Assembly (NCBI GenBank): GCA_051546255.1
Contig: CP128820.1
Location: 310,001-374,000 of the forward strand
DNA length: 64,000 nucleotides
Direction of reading: 5' to 3'
Source of the DNA: Meyerozyma guilliermondii
Taxonomy: Eukaryota
Under the pieces are notes generated by a model, which saw only the letters and a list, made by a program, of their open reading frames with translations, did not search any database and was not told the origin of the DNA. The position numbers and the translations under genes are program-made. Every line of letters starts with the position of its first letter. Position 1 is the first letter of the stretch. This document shows positions 10,533-20,734 of the stretch, in pieces.

Positions 10533-11552
10533 ATGCCTAAGGATACAGAATTATACGACTTGCTAGGCGTTCTGCCCTCAGCTTCTGAGACAGAAATCAA
10601 GAAGGGGTACCGTAAGGCTGCCCTCAAATATCATCCTGATAAACCTACGGGTAATACCGAGAAGTTTAAAGAAATTTCAGAGGCTTTTGACATTTTGTCG
10701 AATGCAGATAAGAGACAGATCTACGATGATTATGGCTTAGAAGCCGCCAGGGGTAATGCTCCCGCTGGTAACCCATTCGAAAGTGCAGGTGGTGCTGGAA
10801 TGGGCGGTATGGGTGGGGGACATCCATTCAGTAGTTTTGGTGGTGGTGGTCGTGGAGGATTCTCTCAAGCTGACGCTTTCAACATTTTCTCTCAAATGGG
10901 AGGTTTCGGCATGGGAGGAGATGATGGCTTCGCTAGCTTTGGAGGAGGAAGTGGTGGATTCGATGGTATGCCTGGTGGATTTGGAGGTGGATTTGGAGGA
11001 GGAAGTCGGAGAGCTGCTCGTCCCGAGCCAGATACCGTTACTATGACTATGCCCGTATCATTGGAAGACCTTTACAATGGTGCAACCAAGAAAATGAAAT
11101 TGTCCAGAAAGGGAATGGACGGAAGTAAGGAAAGTAAAGTTCTTGAAATTAATATCAAACCAGGCTGGAAAGCAGGAACAAAACTCAACTTTGCCAATGA
11201 GGGTGACTACCAGCCTGAATGTCATGCCCGCCAAACCATCCAATTTGTGTTGGAAGAAAAGCCACATCCTCTCTTGAAGCGTGATAACAACGATTTGATT
11301 ATGACCGTACCACTTTCATTTAAAGAATCATTATGCGGATTCACCAAAGAAGTCAATACCATCGACGGCCGCAAGATCCCATTGTCCAGACTGAGTCCAG
11401 TTCAGCCTGGAAGTACCGCTCGTTACCCTGGTCTCGGTATGCCTATCAGTAAGCTGCCTGGTACTCGTGGTGACTTGGTCATCTCCTACAAGGTTGATTA
11501 TCCATTGAGTTTGACTCCAGAACAAAAACAAGCAATCAATCAGTACTTCTAA
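10533..11552 (+). CDS. SIS1: Type II Hsp40 co-chaperone Sis1
   Basis: J-domain with HPD (ALKYHPDKPTG), G/F- and G/M-rich region, C-terminal peptide-binding domain (PGWKAGTK). ATG at 10533. Confidence 0.96.
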   Translation: MPKDTELYDLLGVLPSASETEIKKGYRKAALKYHPDKPTGNTEKFKEISEAFDILSNADKRQIYDDYGLEAARGNAPAGNPFESAGGAGMGGMGGGHPFSSFGGGGRGGFSQADAFNIFSQMGGFGMGGDDGFASFGGGSGGFDGMPGGFGGGFGGGSRRAARPEPDTVTMTMPVSLEDLYNGATKKMKLSRKGMDGSKESKVLEINIKPGWKAGTKLNFANEGDYQPECHARQTIQFVLEEKPHPLLKRDNNDLIMTVPLSFKESLCGFTKEVNTIDGRKIPLSRLSPVQPGSTARYPGLGMPISKLPGTRGDLVISYKVDYPLSLTPEQKQAINQYF

Positions 11553-11693
11553 TCATAAATGCAGGCATGATGATACATAGACATAGAAAACTACATTCAA
11601 TCAATCGACAATTATAATCGATACTCGTAGTGAATTCTCCTGCACACACATAGAGTGATATGCGCACCGATTCTTCTTCTCACCAAGTACCTA

Positions 11694-12659
11694 ATGTCTG
11701 TTATTCTTGCATCCGCTGGTTACGACCATACTATCAGGTTCTGGGACGCCCTCACTGGAGTATGCTCTCGTACCATACAACACACAGACTCTCAGGTCAA
11801 TAGGCTAGACATAACCAGTGATAAAAAATACTTGGCGGCAGCTGGAAATCTCTACGTCCGCCTTTACGATATACGCCAAACCGGGTCTGCTGGTGGCTCT
11901 GCAGTTGGCAATTCTAGTACAAGTAACCAGGCTAATAACTCCAATCCCGTATTGACATTTGAAGGGCACACGGGTAATGTAACATCTTTGGCATTTCAAA
12001 TTGAAAATAAATGGATGGTTTCGTCTCTGGAAGATGGAATGGTTAAGGTGTGGGATGTCCGCTCTCCGTCCGTACAGAGAAACTATAAGCATCATAGCCC
12101 TGTAAATGAGGTTGTTATACATCCTAATCAGGGAGAATTGATCAGTTGTGATCAAGATGGAAATATTAGAGTATGGGATCTTGGAGAAAACCAATGCACT
12201 CATCACCTAATTCCCGAAGATGATGTGCCCATCAACTCTCTTTCGGTAGGAAGTGATGGGTCAATGCTCGTCGCTGGGAATAACAAGGGTAATTGTTATG
12301 TGTGGAAGCTCCTGAGCCAACGAGACGTCACGTCGTTGACTCCAGTAACGAAATTCCGTTCCCATCTGAAATACATTACCAGAGTCGTTCTTTCGACAGA
12401 TATGAAACATTTGGCAACTTGTTCAGCTGATCACACGGCGAGAATATGGTCAACTGAACAGAATTTTAATTTAGAGACTACACTTCAAGGTCATCAACGA
12501 TGGGTGTGGGATTGTGCTTTCAGCGCTGATAGTGCATATTTGGTGACTGCATGCTCCGACCACTATGTTCGTTTATGGGACTTGTCAAACAGCGAGACGG
12601 TACGTCAATACAATGGCCACCATAAGGGTGCTGTGTGCGTTGCGCTTAATGACGTTTAG
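11694..12659 (+). CDS. LST8: TOR complex subunit Lst8 (WD40)
   Basis: Begins MSVILASAGYDHTIRFW, contains WD repeats, ends HHKGAVCVALNDV. Confidence 0.97.
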   Translation: MSVILASAGYDHTIRFWDALTGVCSRTIQHTDSQVNRLDITSDKKYLAAAGNLYVRLYDIRQTGSAGGSAVGNSSTSNQANNSNPVLTFEGHTGNVTSLAFQIENKWMVSSLEDGMVKVWDVRSPSVQRNYKHHSPVNEVVIHPNQGELISCDQDGNIRVWDLGENQCTHHLIPEDDVPINSLSVGSDGSMLVAGNNKGNCYVWKLLSQRDVTSLTPVTKFRSHLKYITRVVLSTDMKHLATCSADHTARIWSTEQNFNLETTLQGHQRWVWDCAFSADSAYLVTACSDHYVRLWDLSNSETVRQYNGHHKGAVCVALNDV

Positions 12660-12672
12660 TCAAACTGCTTTA

Positions 12673-14586
12673 TTACATTCCAAAGCTATCTACTCCATTC
12701 AACTCCACAAACAACGGATGATTGTTACGGTCTGCGAATTGCAACCAGAAGTTGCCTTTTCTGTGCTTCAATGGCAAGCTCGTAATCTCAAAGAGCTTCT
12801 TCAAATATGGTACAAACATACTCATAGTCAAATGATTTCCTGGTCCGAATTCCTTGAGCTTGTACCGTGGCGCACCCAGACGTATAGACTCCACGATGAC
12901 TTCTTGTCGTTTGCTCATTGCTGGTGATAGAGCCACTCCGCGGTCTTGATGGATAGCCACTAATTGCAAACAGAAGAACAAAGAACACGCGGCAATACAT
13001 TGCTTAAGATCAGATGCCATAATCCGTTTATCCACAAACTTTGTCGAATCTGCCTTGTCCGAGCTCTTGCCGTTACTCTGATTTGTCTGCTTGATGGTCA
13101 CTGTTATTCCTTTTGATATGGTACCCAAGTAGTTATACAAATCTGTGCCCAATTCTCGAAAATGGCTGACTTGCGAAACCCTAAACTGTGATAGGTCGGT
13201 CGCCAACCCAGCAAAACACTTTTGCACTTTGGCAATCATCGATTCATGGTGTCCCAACTTGTGTTCGATTTCTGTCAAAATGGTATAAATTGGATAACAG
13301 TAAATGGGACATATGTCACTGTGGATAAGCGCTTGCAGCATTTGGTATAGCTTGATCACTTCTCTTTGATTGGCCCTGAGCTCGTGTGGAGTAGCCAAAT
13401 CGTCAACAATATCGATAGTGGGGGTGGGTAATAAGGATTCCTTCAAGAAATTGTTGATTGCAGGGCCAAGTTCAATGTTATCCGGAATTTTATCTCTGTG
13501 GATATTGTACAAAAGGCACCCTAAAAGTAACTTGTGCAATGTCCATACCCGCTCGACCTGTTTCAAAGCAACTGCCAGACCACAACTACTGCAGACACTT
13601 GGTGTACCGTTTGTTGGACTGATTGCTTGATACATTTTTTCTCTTCCAAATTTGAAAAACGAACTCAAGGCAATGCTGAACATCATAATACCACAATTTG
13701 GACAATTGTACGAGAAGAAAAAGTTTTTCTTATTCCGACAGATCGAACATTTGCAAGTAAAATAAAACCTGGTCTCAAGTGTACGTCGTCTAACTTCGGT
13801 AGGGTAGCCGTTGAAGCAATAACTCGTGAATACTTCTGTTCCAGCCTTGATGGGTGAAGTAGCCACGAAACTAATCACAGTCAAGCTAATGGGAATGGAG
13901 TAAAGGTTGGGTACACACGAGTGGTTAATAAGTGAGAAAGTAGGATCAAATGCCATTCCCACTTGCTCGAAATTTTCATTCATCATAGTTGAGGAATTGA
14001 TAGCTGCCAAACATAAAATCTTTAACACTGTTTGCTGTGAAGCTTTGATCTTTTCTGGCAATAAAGGTGCAATTTTCTCACTGAGGCGTACCAATGTTGC
14101 ATTTTTTTCCACTTCTTCACGGTGAGTTGTCAAGCGTTCCAAGTTCTTTCGGTAAGAAGGAATGGAGTATAACGTGCATAAGCGGAGTGCTAATCGTACA
14201 AACTCTTGGTATCCGAATGATGATTTCAATTGCTCAAATACTGGACATTCGTACTGGTGAACCTTTTCCCAGCTGAGGTCATAACAGCGTTGGTTGCAAT
14301 AAGTGTACAATTTGCAACCGTTGCAAGTATATTGTGACTTGTGTGCTGGAAGGCGTCGAGTACAGTGCTGGCAAACTGTTTTGCAACTGTCGGTTGAGGA
14401 ATCCAGAGGCTCTGGCTGGTATATAGTAATAGCAGTTTTAATCTTCAACACTTCGCAGCCAGGCTTGGAAGCGGCTTCGGTTGTACTAACACCTCGTTTT
14501 GCTGGACCTTCTTCTGGATTCATTACAGATATCCTTGAATCGGAGAGAGAGGGTTCTTTTATACGCTCTGGTTCATCTTGTGTCAT
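12673..14586 (-). CDS. SET and MYND domain (SMYD-like) lysine methyltransferase
   Basis: MYND finger (CQHC..CNGC..YCNQRC..HQYEC) splitting a SET domain (RGV..PG, SLINHSCVPN, EVFTSY) and a post-SET CKCSIC motif. Confidence 0.85.
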   Translation of the reverse strand: MTQDEPERIKEPSLSDSRISVMNPEEGPAKRGVSTTEAASKPGCEVLKIKTAITIYQPEPLDSSTDSCKTVCQHCTRRLPAHKSQYTCNGCKLYTYCNQRCYDLSWEKVHQYECPVFEQLKSSFGYQEFVRLALRLCTLYSIPSYRKNLERLTTHREEVEKNATLVRLSEKIAPLLPEKIKASQQTVLKILCLAAINSSTMMNENFEQVGMAFDPTFSLINHSCVPNLYSIPISLTVISFVATSPIKAGTEVFTSYCFNGYPTEVRRRTLETRFYFTCKCSICRNKKNFFFSYNCPNCGIMMFSIALSSFFKFGREKMYQAISPTNGTPSVCSSCGLAVALKQVERVWTLHKLLLGCLLYNIHRDKIPDNIELGPAINNFLKESLLPTPTIDIVDDLATPHELRANQREVIKLYQMLQALIHSDICPIYCYPIYTILTEIEHKLGHHESMIAKVQKCFAGLATDLSQFRVSQVSHFRELGTDLYNYLGTISKGITVTIKQTNQSNGKSSDKADSTKFVDKRIMASDLKQCIAACSLFFCLQLVAIHQDRGVALSPAMSKRQEVIVESIRLGAPRYKLKEFGPGNHLTMSMFVPYLKKLFEITSLPLKHRKGNFWLQFADRNNHPLFVELNGVDSFGM

Positions 14587-14632
14587 TTTGATATGCTATA
14601 TGTATATGTTCGGCTCCGTTAGTACCTTTTTT

Positions 14633-14667
14633 GTGAGACCGTCACAAATAGTGAGACCGTCACAAAT
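14633..14667 (+). repeat. Direct repeat of GTGAGACCGTCACAAAT (two copies, 18-bp period)
   Basis: Exact copies at 14633-14649 and 14651-14667. Confidence 0.9.
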
Positions 14668-14736
14668 GGGATCCGCTACTCATTTTCGCAGCCGAACAGA
14701 ATGCTAAATATAAGCTGCCACCAATCTTGATGAGCT

Positions 14737-17007
14737 TTATTGCAAAACACTATCGTGCAAGATATCTTGTACGTTGTAGAACATCTCTTCGAAATTCTGG
14801 TCTCTTTCGGTTCCGTAAGACCTATCCAAGAGATCAACGGTTTGCACGTTTTCTGACACATTAGATTCATATCTTTCTGTGTCTTCATTGTCATCGTTGT
14901 CATCGTTCGTATCTTCGGTATAGAGATGTTTTGAAGTAGCTGATGATCCCAACTCATTGCGAAAATAGCCTCCGAGCTCTAGACAAAAGTTCATGAACTC
15001 GTCGATCCAGCAAATGACAGCATACCATGCTTCCTTCGCAATACCTCCATACAGCCCTATTTCTATTAGACAAGCGGTCAATAAGCTGCCTGCCGTTACA
15101 AGATAGAGTCTTGGGTTGGGGCCAGGAAACCGAGATGGAAGTTCAGAGACGAGCTCTGCACAGTCACCAACAACGTCCGAAGATCTAGATAAAATATGCT
15201 GCACTTCATCAACCAAAACATGAGATAAGAAATCCGTTCTATCCTGGCAGGGAACAAGATGCTCAACCATATCAGGAATGCTGACATTGAGCCAACTCTC
15301 GAGCATTGCACTCCGAGCCTCTTGGTTTTTAAGGTATCTTGACGCTATGTCTTTGGTTTGAATAACAGCTATCATGCGGGTCAATAGCGAAACAAACTTC
15401 AGTGCTGATTTGATTTTACAATCAACAAACTCCTTGTGCATTTTGTTACGCAATGAGTCTGCAAGATGCTTTGTTAAATTTTCAGCAACCTCTTTAAGTC
15501 TTTGTAATACCATTGGAGGAACCAGTTGAAGGTACACTCTAGTCAACATTTTCGCCATTTTATTGTAGACCAAAGTATCACATTTGTGAATCCATGGAAC
15601 TACGCTCTCACTGCTGTACAATGTTTTAACAGGAGCAGTTAAAATGGTGTTGAGAGCGGAAAATGACAGAAACAATTTTTTTGTGTGTAGGTACCTCATA
15701 CACTCTAGTACGGTGGTACAATGAATAGTGTAAAGTGCATACAACGTGTCTGCAATGTCACTATCAGTATCTGGTGGGAGATAAGGATATATCGATGGCA
15801 AGGTGACAGGCGTAGACATATCCTCAACTTCTAGTAATTGATCCACTTGATGGAAAACGTTGGGTACGTAACATAATTCAAGGATATCAAGCAGTTCTGC
15901 AGCAGCAGACACCAAAGAAGTTGGGGTACGAGCTTGGCCCACGTCAAGTCCTTCAGCCGGACTGTTCAATGAATATGCAGAATTTGGAGACTCTGGAGGA
16001 GAGAGTTGAGATGAAGGTGACATTTTGTGAGATTCGTCCGGATCTTCAATCAAGCGGATTCCATTATAGTGATATTTTGATCTACCACGGACTCCCAATC
16101 GACGAATTCTCAAGCCTGGGAACATCAACTTGACCAATTTTCCCATATTGGTAGGAGTGATGGGCACCAAGCCAAAATTGGCGCAAGATTGAACGTATCT
16201 AGCGTACACACGATTACGTGGAACCACGGCAGTAGACGATACCTCACATACTCCAAGAAGCCATGCAGTAGCAAATATATCACGATGCTTGTCTCTTAAT
16301 GTAATTGAATGCAGATTTTTTGACGACTCCGAGTCATCATTATCGATCATTTTAACTCGGGCAGCCAATTCCGCTAGTGGTAGCTTGGCGGCTTCCGATG
16401 CAAGTCTCTTGAGTTCGAGCTCTGAGCTAAAGAGAACTGGGCCCCCCGAACCGTGAGCCGGATGGACAGGAAGCTCGGAGGGTGAAGGGTCCATTTTTTG
16501 TGACTGAGCATAGTTAGCACTTTTCAGTGTATTTCTGCTGTGTCCTCGCATATGATGAATATGTTCTGGAGAATGGGAGAGTCTTTGTGATTCCATCCCT
16601 CCATGCAAAACTTGGCCCCCATACATTCCAGGGTTCACTTGGGGAACGGAACCTTGGTAATTACGACCAATAGAAGCATGAGAAGAATGAGATCGCCCAT
16701 GTGTAACTTGTACACTATGGGGTCCTTGAGGTCCGTTATATTCCTGGTAATGAAGAGTGTTGTTTCGGGCTTCCTCCATGTTGTAAGGAAACTCAAAATG
16801 CATCGGATAACTCATCATGTTCTCTGTGCCCACATAATGGGGAGTAACATGCATTGGATGTGACGAAGGATGCATTTCGCTGGATTCCTGTTTTATACCA
16901 ATTGGCAGACCCTGTCCATCCTTATGAGCAATTGTGGTGCCCTGTGGAGCATCAATGAGTTCTTGAGCATCCGGCGGAAGATAATATTTGTCGAAGTTCT
17001 CTCCCAT
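14737..17007 (-). CDS. RFX1: RFX-domain transcription factor (Crt1/Rfx1 type)
   Basis: RFX DNA-binding domain: VPRNRVYARY...GKLVKLMFPGLRIRRLGVRGRSKYHYNGIRL. Confidence 0.85.
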   Translation of the reverse strand: MGENFDKYYLPPDAQELIDAPQGTTIAHKDGQGLPIGIKQESSEMHPSSHPMHVTPHYVGTENMMSYPMHFEFPYNMEEARNNTLHYQEYNGPQGPHSVQVTHGRSHSSHASIGRNYQGSVPQVNPGMYGGQVLHGGMESQRLSHSPEHIHHMRGHSRNTLKSANYAQSQKMDPSPSELPVHPAHGSGGPVLFSSELELKRLASEAAKLPLAELAARVKMIDNDDSESSKNLHSITLRDKHRDIFATAWLLGVCEVSSTAVVPRNRVYARYVQSCANFGLVPITPTNMGKLVKLMFPGLRIRRLGVRGRSKYHYNGIRLIEDPDESHKMSPSSQLSPPESPNSAYSLNSPAEGLDVGQARTPTSLVSAAAELLDILELCYVPNVFHQVDQLLEVEDMSTPVTLPSIYPYLPPDTDSDIADTLYALYTIHCTTVLECMRYLHTKKLFLSFSALNTILTAPVKTLYSSESVVPWIHKCDTLVYNKMAKMLTRVYLQLVPPMVLQRLKEVAENLTKHLADSLRNKMHKEFVDCKIKSALKFVSLLTRMIAVIQTKDIASRYLKNQEARSAMLESWLNVSIPDMVEHLVPCQDRTDFLSHVLVDEVQHILSRSSDVVGDCAELVSELPSRFPGPNPRLYLVTAGSLLTACLIEIGLYGGIAKEAWYAVICWIDEFMNFCLELGGYFRNELGSSATSKHLYTEDTNDDNDDNEDTERYESNVSENVQTVDLLDRSYGTERDQNFEEMFYNVQDILHDSVLQ

Positions 17008-17288
17008 TAATCACACTTTGAGTTTGATTGGGATACTCTTTTTTCGGTGAGATAGGTATAAAACAGAGTAGTTCCAATGACACGGAAAGATGTGGCAGTG
17101 TCTTGATGATACCAAATATGCACCCAGAAGTGAGCTGACCCCTAAATGTGTGGAAGGTCTTCTTCTGTGGTACCTTACTCAGCCTGCACAAAAAAAAAGT
17201 TTGATTCAAGCCGCAACAAAACATCTCGGCCTTCCTGTATATAAACGGTAAACTCAAACTCCCCTGTATATGGGGCCAATTTTTTTTG

Positions 17289-17297
17289 GCTCATCGC
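17289..17297. promoter_or_regulatory. PAC element upstream of RLP7
   Basis: GCTCATCGC preceded by an RRPE-like T tract, upstream of a ribosome-biogenesis gene. Confidence 0.7.
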
Positions 17298-17324
17298 ATC
17301 CATTCTTCGCATCTCCCAAATACA

Positions 17325-18140
17325 ATGGTGGTACTTAATTCTAATCCGGAGATCCTCTTGCGCAAGCGTAAAGATCGTGATAGAAAGCGTCTTGAAAAGC
17401 AGGAACAGGCAATTCAAAGACAGCTTCAACAAAAGAAGAAAAATGCAAGAAAACTCAAAAAGTTTGTAAGAGTGGAGACGCTCATTTCGAACTATAAGTC
17501 CAATGAGCTTGAAAAGAAGAGAATACAGCATATAACCAAGCACCAACAGCGTGAACAAGAAAATTCGGATGAAGATGATGGTTCTGAGAACCTTCTTTTT
17601 GTCATTAGAGTCCCTGATCATGTGAAAGGATTATCCATCCCCAGAAAGGCAAAAACTGTGTTGCGTTTATTACGGTTGGATGTGCCCAATACTGGTGTTT
17701 TCGTGAAAGAAAACGCTGCCACTGCTCCATTATTGAAGTTGATCCTGCCCTATATCGTTGCAGGAAATCCTTCATTAGCATCGGTGCGTCAATTGTTTCA
17801 AAAAAGAGCATGTATATCCGTGATTGATGATGAAACTGAGAAGCCTAAAGTGATCAAGTTAGATAACAATGTTGCAGTGGAGGAGAAGTTTGGAGATGAC
17901 TTGGGTCTCATCTGTATCGAGGATCTAATTCATGAGATCGTAACTTTAGGTGACAATTTCAAGCCTGTGACATTCTGGCTTAGACCATTCAAACTCAATG
18001 CCCCTGTCAGTGGCTGGGGTCCCCAGGCAAAGCTTGCTAAATTGCAATATGAACAAGAAAACCAACGCAAAGTCAGTTTAGCCGGCAATGCAACACTTTC
18101 ACTCATTGACATTGACAAATTTATCGAGGAACAAAATTAG
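17325..18140 (+). CDS. RLP7: Ribosome biogenesis protein Rlp7 (L7/L30 family)
   Basis: LNSNPEILLRKRK N-terminus, DNNVAVEEKFG and ICIEDLIHEI motifs. Confidence 0.93.
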   Translation: MVVLNSNPEILLRKRKDRDRKRLEKQEQAIQRQLQQKKKNARKLKKFVRVETLISNYKSNELEKKRIQHITKHQQREQENSDEDDGSENLLFVIRVPDHVKGLSIPRKAKTVLRLLRLDVPNTGVFVKENAATAPLLKLILPYIVAGNPSLASVRQLFQKRACISVIDDETEKPKVIKLDNNVAVEEKFGDDLGLICIEDLIHEIVTLGDNFKPVTFWLRPFKLNAPVSGWGPQAKLAKLQYEQENQRKVSLAGNATLSLIDIDKFIEEQN

Positions 18141-18335
18141 GAATGGATATATAATGCATGTACACTATTAGCACGCAAAATTGTAGCTCCACACTTCTAC
18201 TAGCATCTACATAGTGGGACAACTTTTATCTTTTGTTGATCCAATTTTTTAAATTTTTGCGATATCTCCTACTGTTCTCTATGCAGAATGTTAACCATCT
18301 GCTGCGACGCGTAGACTCACAGCATACTTTCATTA

Positions 18336-19463
18336 ATGGGCAAGATTACATACCATGCTTTCAATCAGCTAAGCTCTGAAAGCGGTCACACATACAAACT
18401 AATACAGCTACCTCCAGATGTCCTTAGTCATATAGAACATGGCTCGGAGCCGTTACAACTTAAATCATCTCCTGGTGAACTGACAGACTTGACACTTTGC
18501 ACTAACAACAAATCATGGAGGATAAGACAAATGAACCACTCCAATACTGTTTTTCTTCTTAATGACCTCAATATCAACTGCATGGGCCAAAAAATTCAGC
18601 ATGACAGTAATAAAGAAAATGAGCCTAATAAGACAATCGAAACTCTGAATATGTTGATGGGGTTTGCAAGCAATTCCTTTGAATACGAACTTACGTCTAC
18701 TCCTGGCAGCATCAACGCAGACAGGTTACCCATTTACGATGGAAATGAATTCAAACCCACAGGATATAGCGAGAAAGATCTCTTGTTAGATTCTCCAGTA
18801 TCAAAGAATCAATTTTACAAAATATGGTACGACCTATGTGGCTGCGAAGTACATGGAAGTGCAGTTATACTATCCCGAAAATTCGTTACTGACTTTTTGT
18901 CTGTGCTCATTCCTGTCATAATTAGCATTGATGGAGCATATTCTAGTGAAGATTACAACCTTGAAGTAAAACAAATTCTGGAACTTTTGGCAAAGGAAAA
19001 TGAGTTGTATACTCCAGAAATATGCTGGAGTATCTTTCATAAATTTGGCGACGTGCATGAAGGTAAGTTTAAACTCAAAAACATTGTTATCACTCGATGG
19101 TTTGGCATTCAAGCTTTATCACGTCAGACTCAGCCTATGGACTGCAAGCAATTTCTTCTTCTTTGGAAAGGCAGTCTTCCTCATTTTTACAACGTGCCCT
19201 TGGATTTGGAACAACTCAAGGGTTATTACTTCAAACCGACAAGCACCCTGGTTCAGTACTTAGAACCCAGCTCCCTCTCTCACGCTAACGCTGGTTCGCG
19301 AATAAAGGAACTTTTCCTGGTGTCCAAAGAATGGGACCTTGATGATTTTATTCCATTTATACAGGAATTCATACCAACTGGCAAGAAGCCAGACAGCATC
19401 ATCTTGAAATATGCAAAGAAGAAGCGAATGGGAAAGAACCGCTTCGTCGTCTGTCCCCGGTGA
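18336..19463 (+). CDS. DCC1: Ctf18-RFC subunit Dcc1 (sister chromatid cohesion)
   Basis: YKLIQLPP, LCTNNKSWRIRQMNHSNTVFL, and C-terminal RIKELF..W and ILKYAK motifs. Confidence 0.88.
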   Translation: MGKITYHAFNQLSSESGHTYKLIQLPPDVLSHIEHGSEPLQLKSSPGELTDLTLCTNNKSWRIRQMNHSNTVFLLNDLNINCMGQKIQHDSNKENEPNKTIETLNMLMGFASNSFEYELTSTPGSINADRLPIYDGNEFKPTGYSEKDLLLDSPVSKNQFYKIWYDLCGCEVHGSAVILSRKFVTDFLSVLIPVIISIDGAYSSEDYNLEVKQILELLAKENELYTPEICWSIFHKFGDVHEGKFKLKNIVITRWFGIQALSRQTQPMDCKQFLLLWKGSLPHFYNVPLDLEQLKGYYFKPTSTLVQYLEPSSLSHANAGSRIKELFLVSKEWDLDDFIPFIQEFIPTGKKPDSIILKYAKKKRMGKNRFVVCPR

Positions 19464-19525
19464 AGATTTAACATCCATACACCCGTAATGTGAAAGATTT
19501 CGCCGGATGCGGACTCGGACTCACA

Positions 19526-20429
19526 ATGGATGGTCAAAGTTTTTTGGTGTCCCTCATCGTATGTACACTCGGCAACTAGAAATATGCGTACTTTCGGCGT
19601 CAATTAGAGTGGGTAACTAACTCAGAGTGGGGGCTGCGCCGGTACCGCGACAGATTTGGCATTTTTTCCAATTGATACATTAAAAACACGATTACAAGCC
19701 AAAGGTGGGTTCTTCCTCAATGGGGGCTGGCATGGTATATATCGAGGATTGGGATCGTGTGTTGTGGCATCTGCCCCTTCAGCAGCCTTGTTCTTCGTTA
19801 CCTATGATACAATGAAAGCATACACAAAGGACAAGTTACCTCTGGCATCGATCAGTCATATGGTCCTGGCCTCAATGGGTGAGATAGCAGCTTGTTTAGT
19901 GAGAGTTCCCGCCGAAGTCATCAAACAAAGAACTCAAGCGGGCATTCTCGGCGCTGGGAATGTGTCGACTTCTTGGTCAAATTTACTTTACTTGTTACAG
20001 AATCAGTCAGGTGAAGGAGTACTTCGAGGTCTCTACAGAGGATGGAATACAACTATACTTCGGGAAATCCCTTTCACCATGATTCAATTCCCGTTGTATG
20101 AATACCTCAAGAAGTTATGGGGTAGTCATGAACAAGTAGAGCAATTATCACTTCTCAAAGGAGCTATATGTGGGTCTGTCGCGGGAGGTGTTGCTGCCGC
20201 GTTAACGACACCACTTGATGTGATCAAGACAAGAATAATGTTGAGCCACGAGAGAGTCTCCGTGCTGCATTTGATAACGACAATGATCAGGGATGAGGGA
20301 TACCGTGTATTTTTGAATGGGGTCGGACCCCGGACTTGTTGGATCAGTGCAGGAGGAGCAATTTTCCTAGGATGTTACGAGTTATGTCTGAGCCATCTCT
20401 CGTCGATGTCGCTATTCATAAAACAATAG
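19526..20429 (+). CDS. PET8: Mitochondrial S-adenosylmethionine carrier (exons 19526-19558 and 19626-20429)
   Basis: Spliced N-terminus MDGQSFLVSLI/SGGCAGTATDLAFFPIDTLKTRLQAKGGFF and three Px[D/E]xxK/R carrier repeats. Also called SAM5. Confidence 0.92.
19559..19625 (+). other. Spliceosomal intron in PET8 (67 nt)
   Basis: GTATGT donor, branch AACTAAC at 19615-19621, TCAG acceptor, in-frame join. Confidence 0.9.
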
Positions 20430-20734
20430 AATGTGGTATATAGAAACTTCAAATAGGCATGCACATACTTAAAAATGAGAGGTACTTGAGTATCGTTTTC
20501 CGTTATGACACAATGCGGCACCTGGGGATTCACATTTGTCATATTGTAGCCTTAAAGGTATACAAATAGGAGTTGGAGGCTGAGAAGAGTTTGACTTCAC
20601 CATCTCAATTGCACAGCAAGGTGATGTGAAGCGCCATGGCATTGACACATTCTTTTACCCCTGCATACATGTTGACAGGTTTTTACGAGCTACCATGAAA
20701 CATTAATACTTACGATCGATGCACCTATATATTA

